From Desulfomonilia bacterium (GTDB lineage: Bacteria; Desulfobacterota; Desulfomonilia; UBA1062), in contig CAXXDQ010000002.1 in assembly GCA_963664325.2 (NCBI GenBank), forward strand, positions 224,001 through 288,000: DNA of 64,000 bases, in the 5' to 3' direction. The notes under the pieces are model-generated. The model had not been told where the DNA came from, ran no database searches, and saw only the letters and a list, made by a program, of their open reading frames with translations. Made by a program: the position numbers and the translations under genes. Positions 41,784 to 48,352 of this stretch are shown piece after piece. Within the stretch, counting starts at the first letter, position 1; each line of letters begins with the position of its first letter.

Positions 41784-41869
41784 ATAGGAGACAGGATACA
41801 GGAGTAAGAAGACAGAATAAAAGCGGTTCTGATTTTCTACTGACTCCTGGCTCCTGTCTACTGAATACT
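41784..41869. repeat. Degenerate 7-mer (ACAGGAG) array with inverted (CTCCTG) array
   Basis: ATAGGAG ACAGGAT ACAGGAG TAAGAAG ACAGAAT ... TCTACTG ACTCCTG GCTCCTG TCTACTG. Confidence 0.8.
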
Positions 41870-41896
41870 TAATTATTACTTTAGGGAGGGAAGAGG

Positions 41897-42340
41897 ATGT
41901 CGTTTGATGCAAAGTTTGTCGGCCGGAAATACGGGCCCATGACCTACGAGGTGGGCAAGGAAAAGGCAAAGGAATATGCTCGCGCGATAAAGAGCAGCGA
42001 CCCGCATTATCTTGATGAGGATTTTGCAAAGGGCACCAGATACGGCGGCCTGATCGTGCCTCCGACCTTTGCGGTCGTTTATTCGGGTCTTCTGTGCGGT
42101 CCTTTCTTTCTGGACCCTGAGCTGAAGATCGACTTCGCCATGCTGGTTCACGGCGAACAGGCCTTTGAATTTTTCGAGGTGGTCAGGCCCGGCGACGTGA
42201 TAACGTCCTGGGGTACGATTTCAAAAGTGGACAACAAGGAAAAGCTCGATGTGGTATCCTTCGAGGTGCTGGCAAAGAACCAGAACGGCAAGGACGTCTG
42301 CAAGGCGACCTATACGTTCGTGATAAGGAAAAGGGGGTAG
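41897..42340 (+). CDS. MaoC/hotdog-fold dehydratase partner subunit (HadA-like)
   Basis: 'EYARAI...DP.Y.DE..A', 'VPPTF', 'LVHGEQ.FEF...VRPGD'. Confidence 0.85.
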   Translation: MSFDAKFVGRKYGPMTYEVGKEKAKEYARAIKSSDPHYLDEDFAKGTRYGGLIVPPTFAVVYSGLLCGPFFLDPELKIDFAMLVHGEQAFEFFEVVRPGDVITSWGTISKVDNKEKLDVVSFEVLAKNQNGKDVCKATYTFVIRKRG

Positions 42341-42343
42341 GTC

Positions 42344-42742
42344 ATGGCTGTCGACATTAAGAATCTCAAGGCTGGAGATACCTTCACTGCGAAGGAGGAA
42401 GTGGACAGGTACCGGGCGATCCTTTATGCAGGCGCATCAGGCGACTTCAACCCCATCCATATCGACCCCGAATTCGGGCAGATGGTGGGTCTTGGCGGCG
42501 TGATACTTCACGGGCTCTGCACGCTGGCCTTTACGGCTAACGCCATAACGAATTTCACAGGCGACCCTGGCATGCTGAAAAAATACAGGTGCCGCTTTGC
42601 AAAACCGGTACACCTGGCGGATGTTATAACGACTGAGGCAACCGTAACGGCCGTACAGAATAATACGGCGAGTCTGTCTTTGAAGGTTACGAATCAGGAA
42701 GGTGTTGAAGTACTGACTATGATTGAAGCCGAGCTTGGATAG
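42344..42742 (+). CDS. MaoC-family (R)-enoyl-CoA hydratase/dehydratase catalytic subunit (HadB-like)
   Basis: Hydratase-2 motif 'YAGASGDFNPIH.D' and 'ILHG'. Confidence 0.9.
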   Translation: MAVDIKNLKAGDTFTAKEEVDRYRAILYAGASGDFNPIHIDPEFGQMVGLGGVILHGLCTLAFTANAITNFTGDPGMLKKYRCRFAKPVHLADVITTEATVTAVQNNTASLSLKVTNQEGVEVLTMIEAELG

Positions 42743-42746
42743 CAGC

Positions 42747-42867
42747 ACAGCGCGTGATAACTTCGCATACCTTTGTCGCTCCTTGCGGAAACGTTGCGGC
42801 GTACGTCTAAGTACGCCTCACATTTCCGCTTCGTCGCTCCTCGGTCTACATTGTTCTGACGCGCTGT
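42747..42867. mobile_element. Putative MITE/REP-like 121-bp palindromic element
   Basis: Terminal inverted repeats ACAGCGCGTGATAAC / GTTCTGACGCGCTGT (13/15 complementary). Nested internal hairpin GCGGAAA..GGCGTAC-N6-GTACGCC..TTTCCGC. Confidence 0.6.
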
Positions 42868-43120
42868 ATTTCTAAAAAGGATAAGTTTCGTTTTCTCCTG
42901 GCCTCCTAGAAATTGGCTTCGTGTTTCGCTCCTCAAGCCGAAGGCGAAGAGACATCATCTTTAATGCGAACAGGAACATAAAATAAAGTGAGGCATACAT
43001 CTTGTACGCCTCACGTTTTTTCTGATAACAAACATTTTTACTTTGGGAATTCCGGTAGTGGGTCAGTTTGGAATAGTTCAACTTTACTTGACGTATTTTT
43101 ATATTCATGCATAAACATAA

Positions 43121-43828
43121 ATGATGGATTGGCAATTCCTAATTGGGCTTGGAATCACTGTTATTTTTACATTTTTGCAATTTGTGGTGAAAAATATGCC
43201 TAATTGGATATCTTGGCCTTGTATAAGCATTGGTATCTTATTGATAATTTGGGGCGTACCAATTATTCATAGGAATATACAAACTGGCCCATTTATTCTT
43301 TTCATAGTATGTTTTGCTGTACTGGTCGGACGCGTTGCTTGGTATTTTGATAGAAAGCTAAACATTAATCAACAGCAGCTAGAACCGACTAAACCTATAA
43401 CACAGAATATTATTATCCAACCTCCAGGCGCAGGAAATCTAAAACAACGTGCCAATGAGCTATCAAAAGAAATCCTTATAGACCTCTATGAGCATGGTTG
43501 GCCGTTGATGACTGCGCCGTCTAATCGTCCTAGACTTCAAGATGGAATGCCCAAAGACCCAAATGAAAGCCCCAAATGGGCAGAAAGGAGAACTAGAGCT
43601 TTTATGTTTTGTTATTTTAATAAGGTTATTATTATTCGGGATGAATTTGCTATGCTACATATTAGGGAGCAACGACTAGATGATACTATCAAGTATCTTA
43701 ATATGGCCGTGGGTACTAATAAACAGCTTGCCAAAATAAATATAGAAAATACACATAAAATTATAATGACACCACAAGAAATCGAAACTGTTGCTGAACT
43801 ACTTAAAAGCATGGCAGCAAAATTATAA
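43121..43828 (+). CDS. Hypothetical AT-rich membrane protein (3 N-terminal TM helices)
   Basis: 235-aa ORF in visibly AT-rich DNA. No recognised motif. Confidence 0.6.
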   Translation: MMDWQFLIGLGITVIFTFLQFVVKNMPNWISWPCISIGILLIIWGVPIIHRNIQTGPFILFIVCFAVLVGRVAWYFDRKLNINQQQLEPTKPITQNIIIQPPGAGNLKQRANELSKEILIDLYEHGWPLMTAPSNRPRLQDGMPKDPNESPKWAERRTRAFMFCYFNKVIIIRDEFAMLHIREQRLDDTIKYLNMAVGTNKQLAKINIENTHKIIMTPQEIETVAELLKSMAAKL

Positions 43829-44045
43829 AATCAACAGTTTTTCTATAGACCAAACAAAAACCTAACGTGTCATACCTTTATTCTTGCAATTTTAAATCTT
43901 GTCCGCGCATTTAATAAATGATGTTGACTGATTTGACTTACGGTTTGCTCTTGTTGCTGATCTGTGATCTTGTCAGTGTACTAAAGATGATTTTTCTTAA
44001 GGTTCAAGGATATGCGGAATACAACTGAAATTCATCGGACTGATA

Positions 44046-44483
44046 TTATTCAAGGGCTTCAATATCTGCCAGGTCCTGAAGACGGCCGCTGGCTTTTTTG
44101 TTAATTTTAAGGCTTTCTATATCGATGAAGTTTACCGTGACGCCGTCTATTTCGGTTTCAATGCGCTTCTCATAACAATCATTAAATTCAACTCCGGAGA
44201 CCGAACAGAGTATGTCGATTCTATTGGGCGGATTACCCAGCTGAATAGTGTGGCCTTCGACAAGGAAGTCATTTTCAGTTAGCCCGAGCGAACCGAAACC
44301 GAACTGATCCAGCGCCTTGATAATGGAAGCTGCATTTTCAGGCGACAGGGCGATCCATATGTCGATATCTTTTGTGTAACGGGGGTGTCCATGGACTGCA
44401 AGCGCATAGCCGCCTACGACAAGATACCTGACCCCGTTACTTTTTAATAATTGTATAAACTCTTTGAAATCCCTGTTCAGCAC
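44046..44483 (-). CDS. Minimal nucleotidyltransferase-fold protein (DUF6036/AbiEii-like)
   Basis: 'VVGGYALAVHG.PR.T.DID', 'RIDI', C-terminal 'K.ASGR.QD..D'. Confidence 0.8.
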   Translation of the reverse strand: MLNRDFKEFIQLLKSNGVRYLVVGGYALAVHGHPRYTKDIDIWIALSPENAASIIKALDQFGFGSLGLTENDFLVEGHTIQLGNPPNRIDILCSVSGVEFNDCYEKRIETEIDGVTVNFIDIESLKINKKASGRLQDLADIEALE

Positions 44484-44631
44484 CGTATCTCCACTGATTG
44501 TATTCCTCTCTTATTTCTTCAAGCGCGGTGATCCGCTCTTCAACCGGTCTTGATTGCCAATACAGAAAATCATTTGAATCTTTTTGAGCTGTTTCTTTCT
44601 TTGAATATACAGGAGATATGCTTCTGATCAT
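44437..44631 (-). CDS. Small hypothetical protein overlapping the nucleotidyltransferase gene (putative antitoxin/partner)
   Basis: 64 aa, 'YWQSRPVEERI.ALE.IR'. Overlaps the NTase start by 47 nt. Confidence 0.7.
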   Translation of the reverse strand: MIRSISPVYSKKETAQKDSNDFLYWQSRPVEERITALEEIREEYNQWRYGAEQGFQRVYTIIKK

Positions 44632-44705
44632 GATTTTAATGTATCATAAAACAGCTCTCGTAACAATTTATTCCCGCTATTATAAGACTTCCCGCAACAG
44701 CGTCG

Positions 44706-45758
44706 TCAACCCTCGCTGTTCTCGGTGAAGTATTGCTGTATCCTATCGGCGGCGTTCTGTCTGATGTTGAAGAAATAGAACGGGTAGTCGAAGGTGTGGT
44801 AGACTCCCAGCGGAAAGCCGAAATAATAGTCGGCCGGATCGACGCTGCTGCAGATCACCACGCCTCTGGTCTTGTTGACGGTGGCATCGGCCAGGTCAGG
44901 GATGCGCAGCAGTTCTCCGTATTCGTCAAGCACAGGCGTTCCGCCGGTTGCAGGGTTCAGCTCTATGGAACCGCGGTTCTGCTCTGCGGTCGCCGGAGTC
45001 TCTTCTGTTGTCCATGAGATCGGGTTTATGGCGATACCCCCGGGACGCGTGACCGGGTTCGTGCCGTCAATGACCGGGGCCTCGGTGTTCCATGAGACGA
45101 TGACGCCGGTATCATTGCTGTCCGTGGCGAACTTGAGGTGCGGGTTCTGCGCAAGGTAATCGAAGGTGACTGACTGTCCGATGATATAGGCGGCGATCAT
45201 CCGCCTGTAAACGTCAGGGTGCGCCTTCATGTAATCCGACAGGATGAATATGAGCACGGCCGAACCCTGCGAGTGCCCGGCCAGGATGAAAGGGCGGCCG
45301 TTGTTGAAGTGATCCAGATAGTATTCGAAGGCCGCGGTTACATCAATCAGGGGCTCCTTCTGAATGTTTTCGTCCTGCTGGGCGAAAGGCAAGGACAGTT
45401 GATACCTGGCGTCCACCTGCCGGTAAAAGGGCGCATAGATGTTGGCATAGGGGGCAAAGGCGGCGGCTGTCCTCTGTATGGCGGTTTTGGCGCCCTGCAC
45501 CATCGTCGGGTTGTCGATGGCGCAAAAATTCGGGTCATCCGGGGAGGCCTTGCTGTAGGCGGTCGGATAAACATAGAAAACATCCACAGTCTTGTCGGTC
45601 GAGGTGGGGGCCGCCAGCCAATGTGCTGCTATAGAGTAATCGGTGGGTGTAATGGCAGTATCTTCCGAGTTGGCGCTGTCTCCGCAACCCGTCAATACAA
45701 GCATGGTGAGGCACAAAGCGACAAATTCGAACCTGCGAACCTGTGTCATAAATTTCAT
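44706..45758 (-). CDS. DUF3089 alpha/beta-hydrolase lipoprotein
   Basis: Lipobox 'LTGC', 'DVFYVYPT', 'YAPFYRQ', nucleophile elbow 'GHSQG', 'YH..DY..Y..NIR.NA'. Confidence 0.85.
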   Translation of the reverse strand: MKFMTQVRRFEFVALCLTMLVLTGCGDSANSEDTAITPTDYSIAAHWLAAPTSTDKTVDVFYVYPTAYSKASPDDPNFCAIDNPTMVQGAKTAIQRTAAAFAPYANIYAPFYRQVDARYQLSLPFAQQDENIQKEPLIDVTAAFEYYLDHFNNGRPFILAGHSQGSAVLIFILSDYMKAHPDVYRRMIAAYIIGQSVTFDYLAQNPHLKFATDSNDTGVIVSWNTEAPVIDGTNPVTRPGGIAINPISWTTEETPATAEQNRGSIELNPATGGTPVLDEYGELLRIPDLADATVNKTRGVVICSSVDPADYYFGFPLGVYHTFDYPFYFFNIRQNAADRIQQYFTENSEG

Positions 45759-46088
45759 AATTCAATATCCTCAAGTCTTTCTATGATCGGTCTTCTATCC
45801 ATTGTCCGGTCCGGCCTGGATGAACTTTCCGATAAAATATCTTTCGACAGGTATCGGCTTCATCTTTAATCAAACTTTTCAGAAAGCCAACCGAGGGGAT
45901 CTTGCGGGTAACAGTCTCAGTCATTGTTTCTGCAAAAAAACCGGGTGGGGGTTGTCCGTGGACTGCAAGCGAATAAACACCTGCAGCCTGCATTAAATGT
46001 TTTTTCTTAACCCCGGCCTGATCAAGAAAGATTAAAAATTTGCCGATAAGTTAATTAACCACAGGCAGTTATGTAAGAGGAGAGATTA

Positions 46089-47411
46089 ATGAAGCATTGC
46101 ATGATGACTCTGGTAGCGATCATATTATTGTCGATGAGTTGCGTTTGCGGCTGCGGCTCAGGCAGCTCCAGTTCCAATGACGACGACCAGACGGCCGTAA
46201 CGATCAGCAGGGTGAACGACACATATTACATGGTCGATCTGTACATGACCAAGGCAAGCCATTATGAGATCGGAAGGCAGTACGCCCTGCAGATAAAAAA
46301 GAATGTCCCGGATTTTGAAAAGCATATTGACAGTATCCTTGTTAATACAATCGAGCTGCTCCAGATAATGGACCCGTATATCGATTTCAAGACGCTCAGC
46401 ACAAGAGCGAACGCCATATTCGCGAATGTCCCTGAAGACTATCGTCAGGAGATCCTGGGGATGCAGTCCGTCTTTTCAAGCGATGATGATACTCAGGACA
46501 ACGGTAGGCTCTCCAAGAACAAACTTCTCGTCTATGCCCTGGGCCCTGATGTCGCCCGGGCAGGCAACTGTTCCGCTTCCGCCGCTTTCGGCAGCGCAAC
46601 GGAAAACGGAAAGACGATAGTCGGACGCCACCTCGAATGGAACGATTACACACTGGAGGACCTGTCCTATCTGCATGCTGTTATGGTCACGCACAATGGC
46701 TCCAAATCGATAGTGAATTCCTGTTTCGCGGGCCAGCTCTTCGTCATCAGCGGTTTTAATACCAGCAAGGTGTTTGCGGCCATCCTGGACAGCGATGTCG
46801 CAGAGGAATATAAGCTGTACGGTAATGAAAGGTCGTATGTAATGGACCTTCGATATGCGCTGGAAAACAATACGACCATTCAGGATGTCGCCGGTTTTCT
46901 CTCGCGCAAAAATTACGCCTATGACTTCAATATTTTTCTGGCGGACGAAAATGTTGCCAAGGTCCTTGAAAACGACGTCGATACGCCCTTCAGCGGCTTG
47001 AGAACATCGACATCCGTATTAAAAGATGATGAGGACCTTGAGCCGTGGCCGTTTGCCAATGCCATATCCTGCGTCAACTTCTTCGTGCTTCCCGAAACCG
47101 TAGACAACCTCGATGTCTGGGAAGGCAACATGCCAAGGTGGGACAGTTTCATCACCCTTTACGGACAGTATCTGGCCGAGGGGAAGATCACGACCGACGT
47201 GATGAAGGAGATAATGTCCTATCCCGGTCCCGAGGGCGACTGCCAGGCGGAGAACGGCGCCATATGGAGGGCAGATGACGGCGATTCGGTGATGCAGTCC
47301 ATCATAATAAGAATGGACACGCTTCAAACGTGGATATCCTTCCAGCCGGCGGGAAAAGACCCGATTACAAAGCCCAACTATATAAAGGTCTTCAGCGGAA
47401 GTCCTTTTTAG
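46089..47411 (+). CDS. C45-family Ntn-hydrolase lipoprotein
   Basis: Lipoprotein-like N-terminus with Ser-rich linker, autoprocessing site 'GNCSA', 'TIVGRHLEW', 'LRYALEN'. Confidence 0.72.
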   Translation: MKHCMMTLVAIILLSMSCVCGCGSGSSSSNDDDQTAVTISRVNDTYYMVDLYMTKASHYEIGRQYALQIKKNVPDFEKHIDSILVNTIELLQIMDPYIDFKTLSTRANAIFANVPEDYRQEILGMQSVFSSDDDTQDNGRLSKNKLLVYALGPDVARAGNCSASAAFGSATENGKTIVGRHLEWNDYTLEDLSYLHAVMVTHNGSKSIVNSCFAGQLFVISGFNTSKVFAAILDSDVAEEYKLYGNERSYVMDLRYALENNTTIQDVAGFLSRKNYAYDFNIFLADENVAKVLENDVDTPFSGLRTSTSVLKDDEDLEPWPFANAISCVNFFVLPETVDNLDVWEGNMPRWDSFITLYGQYLAEGKITTDVMKEIMSYPGPEGDCQAENGAIWRADDGDSVMQSIIIRMDTLQTWISFQPAGKDPITKPNYIKVFSGSPF

Positions 47412-47642
47412 GGCCGCTTCCGGGGATTGGTGGAATTGACATTTGTTCAGGTGAACCAAAGCCCGTGGGGCGAGCGGGCCGCCTGCCAGAAGGAATAAAG
47501 CTTATCAGCACTTTACCCTTAAAAATATCTGAGATTGCTGTCTGACATTATCAGTTCCTGTTGCTTTAATTCTCTTTTGGCTCAGATCATTCATTGCCCC
47601 GGCCATAGTTTCGTTATATCCTGTAAGCGCAAGGAGTAAATT

Positions 47643-48194
47643 ATGAACAAATGCCTCATTATTGTTGATATCCAGAATGACTATTTCCCCGGCGGTAAAA
47701 TGGAGCTTGCCGGAATTGAAGAGGCCGCGCAAAAGGCCAGTCTTCTGCTGACGGAATTCAGAAAGACGGGGTTGCCCGTCATTTACATACAGCACATTTC
47801 AATGGCGCCCAATGCCTTTTTTTTGATGCCCGGAACGGATGGAGCAAAAATAAATGACATGGTGGCTCCCAAAAAGGACGAAACGGTTGCCGTAAAAAAT
47901 TATCCGAACAGTTTTCGTGATACATGCTTGCTTGAAATCCTCAGGAATATGCATATTGACGATCTTGTTATATGCGGCGCCATGAGCCACATGTGTATTG
48001 ACGCCACTACCCGTGCGGCCTTCGATCTTGGCTTCAATTGTATTGTCGCCGAGGATGCATGTGCGACAAGGGACCTGTACTTTAATAACAGAATTGTAAA
48101 AGCTTCGGAGGTCCATGCATCCTTTATGGCTGCTTTATCCTATCCTTTCGCCAAAGTGGTTACTGCAAAAGATATTTTGAGAGACATGGCATAA
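47643..48194 (+). CDS. Cysteine hydrolase (isochorismatase family)
   Basis: 'LIIVDIQNDYF', 'K.YPNSF..T', 'CGAMSHMCIDAT.R', 'DACAT'. Confidence 0.92.
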   Translation: MNKCLIIVDIQNDYFPGGKMELAGIEEAAQKASLLLTEFRKTGLPVIYIQHISMAPNAFFLMPGTDGAKINDMVAPKKDETVAVKNYPNSFRDTCLLEILRNMHIDDLVICGAMSHMCIDATTRAAFDLGFNCIVAEDACATRDLYFNNRIVKASEVHASFMAALSYPFAKVVTAKDILRDMA

Positions 48195-48352
48195 TAAGGG
48201 AATGACTTAAAGGATCCGGTCAGATAACTTTTCCCGGGGGCTTTATGAAGGCTTCATTGCCGCGAGTTTTGTCTCAAGGTGATTGACTCGTTGTATGAGT
48301 GTGTGAGATAAACTGTATTATTGCTATACAATAATTATGAGCGAGGTGTTAA

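Noticed and set aside
32117-41869. Intergenic repeats as a CRISPR array
   Set aside because: Units are 7-8 nt, degenerate and lack unique spacers. There are no cas genes.
48317-48335. Palindrome ATTATTG-N5-CAATAAT upstream of the lyase gene
   Set aside because: Short, AT-rich and single copy, with no adjacent regulator. Insufficient support for an operator call.
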